This document shows positions 51,762 to 61,818 of a DNA stretch of 64,000 bases, piece after piece. Position 1 is the stretch's first letter. Each line of letters begins with the position of its first letter. The stretch lies in the NCBI GenBank assembly GCA_023248495.1, contig JAHFEK010000005.1, forward strand, positions 6,560-70,559, written 5' to 3'. The notes under the pieces were generated by a model, which searched no databases, had not been told where the DNA came from, and saw only the letters and a list, made by a program, of their open reading frames with translations. This DNA comes from Nitrospinales bacterium (lineage in GTDB: Bacteria > Nitrospinota_A > UBA7883 > JACRGQ01). Position numbers and translations under genes: made by a program.

Positions 51762-52699
51762 GATTCGGCTCCCCCGCACAAAAGGTACAACACCGCCATC
51801 CGCATCGCCACGCCGTGGGTCACTTGCGAGAGAATGAGGCTGTAGGGGCCATCCGCCACGTCGGAGGCTATCTCCACCCCGCGGTTTATCGGGCCGGGAT
51901 GCATTATTAACACGTCGGGCCGCGCGCTCTTCAGCACCTTCGCCGAAAGGCAAAAGTGCTCGCTGTATTCCCGCAGACTGGGGAACAGGCCCTGCTGCAT
52001 CCGCTCGGTCTGGATGCGGAGCATCATCACCACATCTTTATCCGCCACCGCTTCGCGGATGTTGTGCGTCACCTTCACGCCCAGCGCGTTCACGCCGTGC
52101 GGAAGCAATGTGGGGGGGGCGCACACGGTTACGTCGGCCCCAAACATCTTCAGCGCGTTGATGTTGCTGCGCGCCACGCGGCTGTGAAGGATGTCGCCGA
52201 CGATGGCAACCTTGAGGTTTTCCACCGAGCCTTTTTTTTCGTGAATGGTCATGAGATCCAGCAGCGCCTGCGTGGGATGGGCGTTGGCGCCGTCGCCGCC
52301 GTTGATGACGGAGCAACCGGCGATTGTCGCGGCATAGGCCGGCGCGCCGGGGCTGCCGTGGCGGATCACGATGGCGTCCGGCCTCATGGCGGCGATGTTC
52401 AGCACGGTGTCCTTGAACGTCTCGCCCTTGGTTACGCTGCTGGAACTGGTGGAAATGTTGATCACGTCCGCCGAGAGCCGTTTCCCGGCGATCTCGAATG
52501 AAGTGCGGGTGCGGGTGCTCGGTTCGTAGAAGAGATTAACTATCGTTTTTCCCCGCAGCGTGGGAACCTTTTTTATTTCGCGTTCTGAAACATCCTTGAA
52601 TTTGTACGCGGTGTTGAGCAGCCCCATGATCTCGTCCGCCGTGAGGTCGGCTATCTGGAGCAGGTGCCGCCCCCTGAATTTTTTTTCCACGGTCTCCAT
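51758..52699 (-). CDS. pyrB: Aspartate carbamoyltransferase catalytic subunit
   Basis: [29 protein letters not shown]. Confidence 0.97.
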   Translation of the reverse strand: METVEKKFRGRHLLQIADLTADEIMGLLNTAYKFKDVSEREIKKVPTLRGKTIVNLFYEPSTRTRTSFEIAGKRLSADVINISTSSSSVTKGETFKDTVLNIAAMRPDAIVIRHGSPGAPAYAATIAGCSVINGGDGANAHPTQALLDLMTIHEKKGSVENLKVAIVGDILHSRVARSNINALKMFGADVTVCAPPTLLPHGVNALGVKVTHNIREAVADKDVVMMLRIQTERMQQGLFPSLREYSEHFCLSAKVLKSARPDVLIMHPGPINRGVEIASDVADGPYSLILSQVTHGVAMRMAVLYLLCGGAES

Positions 52700-53241
52700 C
52701 AGGCGCCCTCCACCACCGTGGCGAGATCTTCGCCATCGGTCTCGGAAAGTTTCACCCGCACCCGTTCGCCGCGCGCGGTGGGGATGTTCTTGCCGATGTA
52801 GTCGGGGCGTATCGGCAGCTCGCGATGGCCGCGATCCAGCAGGACGGCTAGCTGGATGCGCCCCGGACGGCCGATATCCATTACCGCGTCGATGGCGGCG
52901 CGGATGGAGCGGCCGGTGAAAAGAACGTCATCCACAAGGATGAGCGTCTTGCCGTTAATATCGTGGCTGATGTCGGTGCGGCCGGCGTTGAGGTCGGGGC
53001 CTTTGCTTTGGATATCGTCGCGGTAGAAGGTGATGTCCAGGCTGCCGCACGGCACATCGACGCCGGTGATGGTTTTTATTTTATCCGCCAGACGGCGGGC
53101 AAGCGGCACGCCGCGCGTAATGATGCCCGCGAGGATAATTTGGGAACAGTCGGGATTTTTTTCAGTGATTTCGTGGGCCATGCGGGCCATGGTGCGCCCC
53201 ATCTCCAATGCGGAAAGAACGGTCTTGGCGGCGGCGGTCAT
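52699..53241 (-). CDS. pyrR: Bifunctional pyr regulator / uracil phosphoribosyltransferase
   Basis: [41 protein letters not shown]. Confidence 0.96.
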   Translation of the reverse strand: MTAAAKTVLSALEMGRTMARMAHEITEKNPDCSQIILAGIITRGVPLARRLADKIKTITGVDVPCGSLDITFYRDDIQSKGPDLNAGRTDISHDINGKTLILVDDVLFTGRSIRAAIDAVMDIGRPGRIQLAVLLDRGHRELPIRPDYIGKNIPTARGERVRVKLSETDGEDLATVVEGA

Positions 53242-53276
53242 GGCCGCGCTCCGGCGGCCCTTGGGGCGGTATGCAT
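53238..53276 (-). CDS. Candidate 12-aa leader ORF ([12 protein letters not shown]) coupled to pyrR
   Basis: AAGGAG 6 nt upstream of the ATG; its TGA overlaps the pyrR ATG (ATGA). Confidence 0.55.
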   Translation of the reverse strand: MHTAPRAAGARP

Positions 53277-53282
53277 CGCATT

Positions 53283-53319
53283 CTCCTTTTGTGGGTCTCT
53301 CGGAACCCGTTTAAAAAGG
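53283..53319 (-). promoter_or_regulatory. PyrR-binding-loop-like RNA hairpin overlapping a Shine-Dalgarno
   Basis: CCTTTT-TAAAC-GGGT-TCCGAGAG-ACCC-AC-AAAAGG-AG: UUUAA 5' arm, CCNGNGAG-like terminal loop, 3' strand contains AAGGAG. Confidence 0.8.
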
Positions 53320-53444
53320 TTTAATTGTTCGAAACGGGATTTTATCAGCTTTGACCGGGGCCGGCAACGAAAAGCATGGAGAAATTTTTCAGTATCCACA
53401 ACCCGCTGAAAATCCTGATGGTGGCAGCACTCTGGCCGGCTTCG

Positions 53445-53510
53445 CCCGGGTAGCGGCGGCACTCTTGCCGCCGATTGATTTAGGCGGCAGAGTGGCGGCC
53501 TCTACCGGGA
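53445..53510. repeat. Inverted dimer of GTAG-tagged REP-like palindromes (REPIN-like)
   Basis: GTAG-CGGCGGCA-CTCT-TGCCGCCG at 53450 and an inverted degenerate copy ending CTAC at 53502-53505. Confidence 0.6.
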
Positions 53511-53515
53511 GGGGA

Positions 53516-53550
53516 AATAAAAAGGGCGTCCCGTTTCCGGGACGCCCTTT
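53516..53550 (-). terminator. Intrinsic terminator of the large lipoprotein gene
   Basis: AAAGGGCGTCCCG-GAAA-CGGGACGCCC-TTTTTATTT on the minus strand. Confidence 0.88.
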
Positions 53551-53582
53551 AAGAAGCGTTCTGTAACGCGGCTTGCGCCGGG

Positions 53583-56291
53583 TTATTTTTTCACGACAAC
53601 GCCGCCAATAACCGCGGGCGGATCGGTGACAACCGGTTCGGTGCCGATATCCGGCTTCGTGTAATCGGCATTAACCGGAAGCGTGTATTTGACCAACGTC
53701 GCCGTGCAACTTGCCAACGCCAGTTCAGGCATCCGCTGTTCCTGATCAAGCGCCTTCACGTAGTAGACGTTGGTGCCGTCGCTAACCGTTTCGCCGCTGG
53801 GGATGCTGAATTCGGGCACCCATCGCACATTCATGCCGCAGGTTGTGTCAACTCCCTTGTCGGGGTCGACACAGTGACCGGGGATCCCCCAAAGTTGGCC
53901 GAAACCGTTGTATTCAAGCTGGAACGGCACCGACGCGAACTTCGTATCGGTAGCGGCTGAATTTATGACGGTTGCGGTGGCCGGATAGGTGTATGAAACC
54001 CGCAGCGGTTGGTCGAATTTCACCGGCGTCGTCCCGTTGTACAGCGCCGTCAGGTAATTCCAGTTATTCCAACCGGTTTCCCATGTGTAGTAGGTCGGGA
54101 GCACTTCCCGGGCCTGCCACGTGCATATCTGGGTGGAATCCCAAGGGCAGGCAAGGAGTTTCAGGTAGGTCTTTCCCGAGGTTGGATCGACTGCGGCAGG
54201 ATCAAAAAGCGCCCCGGTATGGACGCCAAAATCCAGCGAGCCGCCCCACTGATTCGTCAGGTTGGTATTTTGGGTGGGCAGAGTTACCGCCCTGCTGTTG
54301 GCAGAGTCCGTCAGGGTGTAGGATCCGAAAGTATAGGTATGAGCCGTGACAGTGGCGGTGTTGTAGTTCTCCGTATAGAAGATTTTTGTGTTGGCTGTCG
54401 TGGATGCCAACGTACTGGCATCTGGGCAATCGTTGTAGCAGGAAAAGGAAGCGGGGGCCGTATCGCCAGGAAAGATCAGCGTATCCTGGTAATAGACAAT
54501 CGGTACGGTGGTCGGGCTGGTTAGGGCATTAGTGCAATTAAATGATTCTGCCGACCATGCAGTTCCATTAAATCCGCCGGTTTTAGAGCAACCATTTGCG
54601 GACGTTATCGTTGTAGTACCCACCACATCACCTATCAGCGGCAACTTGATCATCACTTGCCCACCAAGAGCCTGTGACCACATATTGAGTGTGCTGCTGT
54701 ATTGAAGAGCAGTCACATTGATGGAGGTGGGGTCGGTCGAGGTGAGGGCCGTATACCCGTTATTCCCCATCTTTTGGGTAATGGCGAACTTCGTGCCATC
54801 CCAATGCGCTTCGTAGTTGCCGCACGTCCACGTGGTACCGCTTTGCGTGCACTGTGAATAGTTCAGCGATACGTTCTTGATCTTGTCCAGCGTGGTGGTG
54901 TTGCGGGTATGCTTGGTGAGCTTGCCACCCGACTTCTTCACGGTGAGCGTGGTTTTTTGGGCCGTGCCGCTGGTCCAGTCAAGCTTGCTCACCGTGCTCC
55001 CACTCGCCACCGTTACCACGTCGGGGAACCACATGCCCCAGAAGCCAACGTAACCGTAGTAATCCACATTCGGCGTGACCGTCGTGTCGGTGTACAAAAC
55101 CGGGAATCCGGAGCTCAGGGTCTTGCGGGCGCCGAGACTGTCATAGAGGCCATAGCTCCAAACGCTGGTGAGGAACTTGGTCGGATCTTTGTCCAGGCAG
55201 ACGGGCGTACCCGTTTCAATGCCGGCGCTATCCAGCGCGGTGCGCTTGAACGACGCGGAGTCGTACGCGAAGCGCATCTGCTTATACGTCACGGAGGTGG
55301 GCATGGTGCTGCCGGTATACATGGAGTCGTAGTCGGGGAATTTCGCTTCGCCGGAGCCGGAGGTGCCATCGGCCGCCTTATAGAGGGTGGTCGCCTCCTC
55401 CATCGCCAGCGTGCCTTCAGTCCGGGTGTCATAAAACTGCAAGACAACCTTGCCGGTGGACAGGGTAACCGTCCGCAGATAGCCGTGCATTGTCTCCGTT
55501 GTGCCGAGAGTGCCGTCCTTATTCTCCGGATACGCCACAAAGTTCATGGTGAAAAGACCGTACGGGTTAGTGGTGGATATCGATGCTCCGATGAGAATCT
55601 TGGCCAGAATGACCACCTTGGTGTCGGCCTGGCCCGGCCCGCCGTTCATGGTTTCATGTATCCAGGCGGAAACCACTTGCGGGGAGTTGGCGTCGGCCCG
55701 GTTGGAAATAACAGTCCAATCCATATAATCCGGCGCGCCGTTTCCCGATGAATTGGTAGATCCATCCTTCGCCTTTGAAGCGCTATCCTTGGATGAGCTG
55801 CAAAGGTTCTTGTCGATTTGCGCCCGGTATTTCCCCTTATTGAGCATGTCGTCGTATTGCGTCTGGGAGATCATGCAAAGAATTTCGTTGGGGGTCTTGA
55901 GCGATTCGGCGGAGCGTTCATGCACATAGGTAAACGTCGGATCCGTTTTGTAGTCAACCAAGGATCCCCACGTGGTGGGAATCGTCCTGCTTCCAAGAAG
56001 GCCGTCCAGGGATTTAATGATATGCATCGCTTTGGGGGAGGCCGCCGATTTGGTGGAACTGACAACGCTGATTTTATCCGCAACCCCAAGCGAAGAAGTT
56101 GTGGTTCCCTGCGTGCCGGTGCCCGCGACCGGCGTGACGGCGGTTTCGCCATTCACCGTGGTAGTGGAGCCAGTGCCGGTGCCGCCGCCGCTGCTACCGC
56201 TGCTGCCACCGCCACTGTCACAGGCAACCAGGCCGAAACCGAGCACTGCGGCGAGCGCCAAATATCTAGTTTTTACCCAATACGATGACAT
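53583..56291 (-). CDS. Large Thr/Cys-rich surface lipoprotein, unknown function
   Basis: About 900 aa; GGAGG RBS before ATG 56291; lipobox GLVAC, Gly/Ser linker, many Cys. Confidence 0.85.
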   Translation of the reverse strand: MSSYWVKTRYLALAAVLGFGLVACDSGGGSSGSSGGGTGTGSTTTVNGETAVTPVAGTGTQGTTTSSLGVADKISVVSSTKSAASPKAMHIIKSLDGLLGSRTIPTTWGSLVDYKTDPTFTYVHERSAESLKTPNEILCMISQTQYDDMLNKGKYRAQIDKNLCSSSKDSASKAKDGSTNSSGNGAPDYMDWTVISNRADANSPQVVSAWIHETMNGGPGQADTKVVILAKILIGASISTTNPYGLFTMNFVAYPENKDGTLGTTETMHGYLRTVTLSTGKVVLQFYDTRTEGTLAMEEATTLYKAADGTSGSGEAKFPDYDSMYTGSTMPTSVTYKQMRFAYDSASFKRTALDSAGIETGTPVCLDKDPTKFLTSVWSYGLYDSLGARKTLSSGFPVLYTDTTVTPNVDYYGYVGFWGMWFPDVVTVASGSTVSKLDWTSGTAQKTTLTVKKSGGKLTKHTRNTTTLDKIKNVSLNYSQCTQSGTTWTCGNYEAHWDGTKFAITQKMGNNGYTALTSTDPTSINVTALQYSSTLNMWSQALGGQVMIKLPLIGDVVGTTTITSANGCSKTGGFNGTAWSAESFNCTNALTSPTTVPIVYYQDTLIFPGDTAPASFSCYNDCPDASTLASTTANTKIFYTENYNTATVTAHTYTFGSYTLTDSANSRAVTLPTQNTNLTNQWGGSLDFGVHTGALFDPAAVDPTSGKTYLKLLACPWDSTQICTWQAREVLPTYYTWETGWNNWNYLTALYNGTTPVKFDQPLRVSYTYPATATVINSAATDTKFASVPFQLEYNGFGQLWGIPGHCVDPDKGVDTTCGMNVRWVPEFSIPSGETVSDGTNVYYVKALDQEQRMPELALASCTATLVKYTLPVNADYTKPDIGTEPVVTDPPAVIGGVVVKK

Positions 56292-56534
56292 GTCGTTTTC
56301 CTCCAAAGCTGAAAATAAATTGGTGGTCTTTGGTTCTTATTAAAATTAAAGTTTTTTTGTAAAATCACCCTCCTGCCTCATGGAACGTTAAACAACGCCC
56401 ACGGTGATACGATCACCCCTTTAGACATTGACAAATTCACTTCTCCAGCCTACGCCTTGATTGTACACCTAATCGGGAAATAGAGGAGGGACGGGTGGGA
56501 ATAAAACAGGTGGAGAGACTTTATCCGATTGTAT

Positions 56535-57350
56535 TTACAGGCGATAAAAGGCTATAAAGGCCGCCGTAAAAAGGATGGAAAGATAGAGCTCGGCGAAGCC
56601 AAGGGCGCGAAGCGCCGCCGGGGGTTTCAAATAAAAGTATAGCGTTGTGAAAAATCCGGGCAGAAATGCCGCCACCGGCAGTAATGGCGCGTTAAGTTTT
56701 TTCGCGATGACCAGCGCCACGAACGGCGAAAGGAAGGCCAACCCAAGGTTTTGCATAAAAACGGTCTTGAGGGTAACGGCGTGCTTTGCCGATTGTTGCG
56801 CAAGGGCGGGAATGAACCCCCCCAACCGAACGACACGGCGTGCCGCGGTCGATCGCTCCAACATAAAAAGGAGCGATAGCGCCCAAGGCGCGACATGCGC
56901 CGGATCAAGCGCCCCCGACACGGCAAACGCGCCGAGAAACGAAAGGGCGACCGAAAGGAATATCAAGCCGCCGAACTCGAACGCGGCGCTGCGCCCAAAT
57001 CCTTCCGCCGAAGCGGCCAACGCGATGGCGAACGCCAAAGCCAGCGCGCCATAAAAAGCGAGCGTCCAGGGGTTGGCCGAAACCGTGAAAAACGTGAAGG
57101 CAAGCGATACCGCCACGTAGGCGGCGGACCAGAAAACAATGTTGCCGTCCTGGGGCGCCCCCTTTTTCCAGCCTTTGAAAATGATGCGTGCCGGGGTATA
57201 GGCCATGAAACCGGCGAAAACCGACATTAACAGCGGAGCCATCGCCGCGTGATCCCCCTTCGCGCACCCGGCGCCGACGATCAACGGCAGGAAAACCCAC
57301 GCCCAAAGGCCATGCTCTTTCGGGAAAACCGGCTTGCGTATGTCAATCAT
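56535..57350 (-). CDS. YwiC-like membrane protein
   Basis: N-terminal PKEHGLWAW..LP motif, many TM segments, LGFAEL near the C-terminus. Confidence 0.75.
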   Translation of the reverse strand: MIDIRKPVFPKEHGLWAWVFLPLIVGAGCAKGDHAAMAPLLMSVFAGFMAYTPARIIFKGWKKGAPQDGNIVFWSAAYVAVSLAFTFFTVSANPWTLAFYGALALAFAIALAASAEGFGRSAAFEFGGLIFLSVALSFLGAFAVSGALDPAHVAPWALSLLFMLERSTAARRVVRLGGFIPALAQQSAKHAVTLKTVFMQNLGLAFLSPFVALVIAKKLNAPLLPVAAFLPGFFTTLYFYLKPPAALRALGFAELYLSILFTAAFIAFYRL

Positions 57351-57449
57351 GGGTCACTTTTATACCTATTGGGCGAGCCAAATGCAAAGACCAAACGAAA
57401 AATGCGATGTGATTTTTATCATTCCGAAATGCGGGTTCCCCTCCGGGTT

Positions 57450-58361
57450 TTATTTGAGCAGCGGGAGGGCGGCGGCGCCGATAGTGCCAACCTCCGCCGC
57501 AAGCGGCGAAACCGCAAGCACGACATCCTTCCCCGCCGTGCCGAAAGAATGATCCCGCACCCGCTGGAACGCCGAAGAAAAATAGATGTCCGGGGCGTTG
57601 GACAACGAACCGGTGAAAAAAATCGCCTGCGGCCCAAAAAGGTTGACGAGATTTACAAGGCCGTTCCCCAAATATTCCCCGGCGGCGCCCACGGTGGCGC
57701 GGGCCGCCCCGTCTCCCGCGCCGGCAAGTCCGCAGACCTCCTTGGCGCTTTTCTGAATGCCGGTTTTTTCCTTGTATACGCGGGCAATCGCCGTGCCGGA
57801 GGCAAGCGCTTCCAAACATCCCCGGTTGCCGCAGCCGCACAGCGGCCCCTCCGGCACGATTACCATGTGTCCCGCTTCGCCGCCGGAACCGATGTGACCG
57901 CGCAACAGTTTACCGTTGGCGAAAATGCCGCTCCCAATACCGGTGCCGAGCGTGATGACGATGAAATCGTCCATCCCCTTCGCCATGCCGAACACCCGCT
58001 CGCCGATGGCCGCCGCGTTGGCGTCGTTTTCCACGAACACCGGCATGCCAAATTCCTTCTCCAGTTCTTCCCCCAGCGGGTATTCCGTTTTGAACGGCAG
58101 GTTCGGGCTGAACACCACGCTTTTGCCCGAACGGCCCACCTGTCCCGCAACGGCGACGCCGATGCCAACCGGGGCGGGATGCCCCGCGTTGCCCAAAAAC
58201 CGGCGCAGCGTCTTTTTCAGCGCCGCGATGATTTCGTCCCGGGCGCGGGGAGTCTCCATCCGCTCGCGCCGGATGATGTTGTCCGGGCCATACATATCGA
58301 TGAACGAAGTGCCGGTTCCCCCAAGATCGATCCCAATCGCGCGGCCGGCAGCAGCTTTCAT
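57450..58361 (-). CDS. ROK-family sugar kinase (glucokinase-like)
   Basis: GIDLGGT, ENDANAAAIGE, LGTGIGSG, GEAGH, CGCGNRGCLE. Confidence 0.93.
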   Translation of the reverse strand: MKAAAGRAIGIDLGGTGTSFIDMYGPDNIIRRERMETPRARDEIIAALKKTLRRFLGNAGHPAPVGIGVAVAGQVGRSGKSVVFSPNLPFKTEYPLGEELEKEFGMPVFVENDANAAAIGERVFGMAKGMDDFIVITLGTGIGSGIFANGKLLRGHIGSGGEAGHMVIVPEGPLCGCGNRGCLEALASGTAIARVYKEKTGIQKSAKEVCGLAGAGDGAARATVGAAGEYLGNGLVNLVNLFGPQAIFFTGSLSNAPDIYFSSAFQRVRDHSFGTAGKDVVLAVSPLAAEVGTIGAAALPLLK

Positions 58362-58469
58362 AATGCGGTTATTCTACCTTAGGGGGCGCGGGCCGCGGAA
58401 ATATGGTTTATACGGGGGCCAATCCCTGCTAGAATTCCCCCTCAACGCCACATCAAAATAGGACAAAAC

Positions 58470-59534
58470 ATGAAAGTCGCGCTCATCACCGGCTCGGCCG
58501 GCCTTATCGGATCGGAAGCGGTCCGTTTTTTCGCCCAAAAGGGTTTTACCGTCGCCGGCATCGACAATGACATGCGAAAATATTTCTTCGGCGAGGACGG
58601 CTCCACCCGCTGGAACCTGCGGCGGCTGAAGGAGCAGGTGCCGAACTACGTTCACGTGGAAGCGGACATCCGCGACCAGCAGGCGGTGGAGCGCGTTTTT
58701 GCCGAATACGGCGGCGACATCGCCATCGTCATTCACGCCGCCGCGCAACCCTCGCATGACTGGGCCGCGCGCGAGCCGCTCACCGATTTTTCCATTAACG
58801 CCACCGGCACGATGATCCTGCTGGAAGCGGCGCGCCGCCACGCGCCAAAGGCTTCCTTCATTTTTACCTCCACCAACAAGGTCTACGGCGACACGCCGAA
58901 TTCCCTGCCGCTGGTGGAACGCGAAACCCGTTGGGAAGCGGATCCCGCGCATCCGTTCCACGCCCACGGCATCGACGAAAGCATGACTATCGACCACTCC
59001 AAGCACAGCGTTTTCGGCGCTTCCAAGGTGGCCGCCGACGTGATGGTGCAGGAGTATGGCCGCTACTTCGGCATGAACACGGCCTGCTTCCGCGGCGGGT
59101 GCCTCACCGGCCCCGGCCACTCCGGCGCGGAATTGCACGGCTTTTTGGCCTACCTCATGAAGTGCTGCCTCACCGGAAGGCAGTACAACATTTTCGGGTA
59201 CAAGGGAAAGCAGGTGCGGGACAATATTTACAGCCACGACCTGGTGAGCATGTTCTGGCATTATCACCAAAACCCCCGCCCCGGCGAAGTCTACAACGCG
59301 GGGGGAGGCCGGCATTCCAACTGCTCGCTTCTGGAGGCGGTCGCCATCGCCGAGGAAATCAGCGGCAACAAAATGAAACTCAGTTATGTGGACGAAAACC
59401 GCAGCGGCGACCACATCTGGTGGATCAGCGACGTGCGGAAATTCCGCGCGCACTATCCGCAATGGGAGTACACGCGCGGCATACGCGACATCATGGCGGA
59501 AATACATCAAGGACTGCGGGAGCGGCAAAGCTGA
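58470..59534 (+). CDS. NAD-dependent nucleotide-sugar epimerase (CDP-paratose 2-epimerase-like)
   Basis: [40 protein letters not shown]. Confidence 0.88.
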   Translation: MKVALITGSAGLIGSEAVRFFAQKGFTVAGIDNDMRKYFFGEDGSTRWNLRRLKEQVPNYVHVEADIRDQQAVERVFAEYGGDIAIVIHAAAQPSHDWAAREPLTDFSINATGTMILLEAARRHAPKASFIFTSTNKVYGDTPNSLPLVERETRWEADPAHPFHAHGIDESMTIDHSKHSVFGASKVAADVMVQEYGRYFGMNTACFRGGCLTGPGHSGAELHGFLAYLMKCCLTGRQYNIFGYKGKQVRDNIYSHDLVSMFWHYHQNPRPGEVYNAGGGRHSNCSLLEAVAIAEEISGNKMKLSYVDENRSGDHIWWISDVRKFRAHYPQWEYTRGIRDIMAEIHQGLRERQS

Positions 59535-59559
59535 CCCGCGCGCGCCGCGCCCGCATACG

Positions 59560-60684
59560 ATGAACATCCTCCTTCTCACCAACTACAAGCGGGGGGGCCA
59601 CCTCGGATTTATCACCCACCGCACGCTCACCCGGATGGGACACGCCGTCACGCTTGCCACGCCGCTGGCGTGCGACCTGCCGGAGGCGCTCATCGTGCCG
59701 GAGGACGTCGATGCCGTGGCGTTGGTGAACTCCCTCCCCGTGAAACCGGATCTTCTGCTATGGGTGGAAAGTTCTGTGGGAAACCGCTTTCTCCCCCGCC
59801 GCGTCCTCGAGGTGGATATTCCGACCGCCTGCTGGTTGGGCGACAACTACCTTAACCACCGCTGGCACAAGGAATACTGCGCGCTGTACGATTATGCCTT
59901 CTATGCCCAATTAGGCCGGATGGAATTGGCGCGGCGGATACACGGTTACAGCCACCTGCACTGGCTGCCGTGGGGGGCCGACGAGGAGTTCCACCGCGAC
60001 TTTCACCGGGAGCGCGATATCGACGTCGGTTACGTCGGTTCCATCATCAAGGACAAAATCCGCTTTTTCCAGAAGATGGAAGAAGGGGGCATTCCGGTCG
60101 CCTTTAACAAAACATTCCTAAGCGGGGAACAGGTGGGGGAATATTACTCCCGCTGCAAAATCGTCTATAACATCTGCGCGCGGTTCGACATGAACCCCCG
60201 CACGTTCGAAGCCTGCTGCGCCGGGGCGCTGCTGGTGCATCAGCGGGTGATCGACGAGGGATTTTACCGGATATTCACCCCCGGCGAAAATTGCGGCGTG
60301 CATGACTTCGACGACGCGCCGGACGTCATCCGCAAATGGCTTGCCGACCCGGAGGCGCGCGGCCGCGCCGCCGCGGCCGGGCAAAAACTGGTGCTGGAAA
60401 AACATCTCTACCGGCACCGGATGGAGGAACTGCTCGACACGGTGAAAGGGGGCGTGACCGGACGGCGGCGCGCCGAGGCCAGCGGCTACCACGGCCATCT
60501 GCGGGCGGCGCTTACTTTTCAACATCCCCACTTCCGGTTGCGGAAAGAGGCCGCGCGCGAGTTCAAAGCGGCCTTTGCCGTCAATTTTTCCGGAAGCGCT
60601 CTCTATCTTCTGAAGTATGCGTTCTGGCGCATTGTGGAAAAATTGGAAAAACTTAAATGGGAAATGGAAAAACGCCCCGTTTGA
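59560..60684 (+). CDS. CgeB-like glycosyltransferase
   Basis: WLPWGAD, DVGYVGS, YSRCKIVYN, NPRTFEA, HLY.HR. Confidence 0.8.
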   Translation: MNILLLTNYKRGGHLGFITHRTLTRMGHAVTLATPLACDLPEALIVPEDVDAVALVNSLPVKPDLLLWVESSVGNRFLPRRVLEVDIPTACWLGDNYLNHRWHKEYCALYDYAFYAQLGRMELARRIHGYSHLHWLPWGADEEFHRDFHRERDIDVGYVGSIIKDKIRFFQKMEEGGIPVAFNKTFLSGEQVGEYYSRCKIVYNICARFDMNPRTFEACCAGALLVHQRVIDEGFYRIFTPGENCGVHDFDDAPDVIRKWLADPEARGRAAAAGQKLVLEKHLYRHRMEELLDTVKGGVTGRRRAEASGYHGHLRAALTFQHPHFRLRKEAAREFKAAFAVNFSGSALYLLKYAFWRIVEKLEKLKWEMEKRPV

Positions 60685-60746
60685 TTCCCGGGGCGCGGCT
60701 AAATACATTGCGCAATATCCGGCGGGAATGATAATTTAATCCGCAT

Positions 60747-61697
60747 ATGCAACCGCGCCCGAAGGAAAATCCGCTCGTCAGCGTGGTTATCACCACCTAC
60801 AACCACGCAATCCTCCTTCGCCACGCGATCAAAACCGTGGCGGAACAGGATTACCGGCCGCTTGAAATTATCGTGGCGGACGACGAATCCACCGATGGAA
60901 CCCAGGCGTTGGTGGAGGGACTCGACAACCCGGCAGTGCGCTACTTAAAACTTAAACATAGCGGCTACCCGTCGGTTACGCTTGCGGAGGGGATAAAGGC
61001 CGCGCGCGGCGACATCATCATGTGCCTGGAGGGGGACGACCAGTACCTGCCCGGCAAAATCGCAACGCAAGTGGAATATTTGGCGGCACACCCCCTGTGC
61101 GACTTCGTGTTCGCCGACATTTACCATGTGGAGGGAGTTGAACGGGATTTCATTGTGCCCGATCCCGCGCGGCACGAAACCTACTTTTCAAACGTCCGGC
61201 CGCCAACCGGCCCGCTTGCCATCCGCAACTTTTTCCCCGTCCCCCCCGTCCACATCAATACGGTGGCCATGAGGCGGCGCGTAGTGGAAAAGGTGCTGCC
61301 CACCAACGGGTTCCGGTATATCTGGGATTGGGATTTTGAACTGCGCGTCCTGAAAAACGGATTTATCATGCAAGCCATGTTTGGCGTGGTGGCCGTATAC
61401 CGGCGGAACCGCAAGGGATTGAGCAGTTCCGTCCAGAGCATCTTGAAGGCCGCCGAGGAGCAGATGCGCCTGATAGGCCATTACCGGGACGACCTGCCCC
61501 CCGGCGTCCACGATGCCATGGTCGAGCGCTGGCGCTACGATTGGGTTAAACAGGCCATGAAATTCGATCAACTGCAATCGTTGGAAGGATTGCGGAAATC
61601 GCCGCATTTTCCGGCTTCCCCCATCTACCGGCTCAAGGCGGTTTTCTATCTGGCGCAAACGCGCGCCAAATACCGCTTTACGTCATGGAAACCGTAA
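60747..61697 (+). CDS. GT2 family glycosyltransferase
   Basis: VSVVITTYN, IIVADDEST, GDD.YLPGKI, WDWDFELR. Confidence 0.88.
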   Translation: MQPRPKENPLVSVVITTYNHAILLRHAIKTVAEQDYRPLEIIVADDESTDGTQALVEGLDNPAVRYLKLKHSGYPSVTLAEGIKAARGDIIMCLEGDDQYLPGKIATQVEYLAAHPLCDFVFADIYHVEGVERDFIVPDPARHETYFSNVRPPTGPLAIRNFFPVPPVHINTVAMRRRVVEKVLPTNGFRYIWDWDFELRVLKNGFIMQAMFGVVAVYRRNRKGLSSSVQSILKAAEEQMRLIGHYRDDLPPGVHDAMVERWRYDWVKQAMKFDQLQSLEGLRKSPHFPASPIYRLKAVFYLAQTRAKYRFTSWKP

Positions 61698-61818
61698 GAT
61701 GACCCCCACTCCCGCTCCCTGACCCAATTGCCAAAACGCCGCCCATAATCGTTTTGTGTCTCGGCGAAGCGGGATTAAGAACAGCGACGCCGTGAATAAT
61801 CCGGGATACTATAGACCG

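Noticed and set aside
56292..56534. Riboswitch or sigma28 promoter upstream of the large lipoprotein
   Set aside because: No c-di-GMP or other riboswitch consensus recognised; the CCGAT motif lacks a correctly spaced TAAA.
58374..59582. 402-aa minus-strand ORF, and similar long antisense ORFs over the ROK kinase, pyrC, carA and transketolase genes
   Set aside because: Each lies fully opposite a well-supported gene and has no independent motifs.
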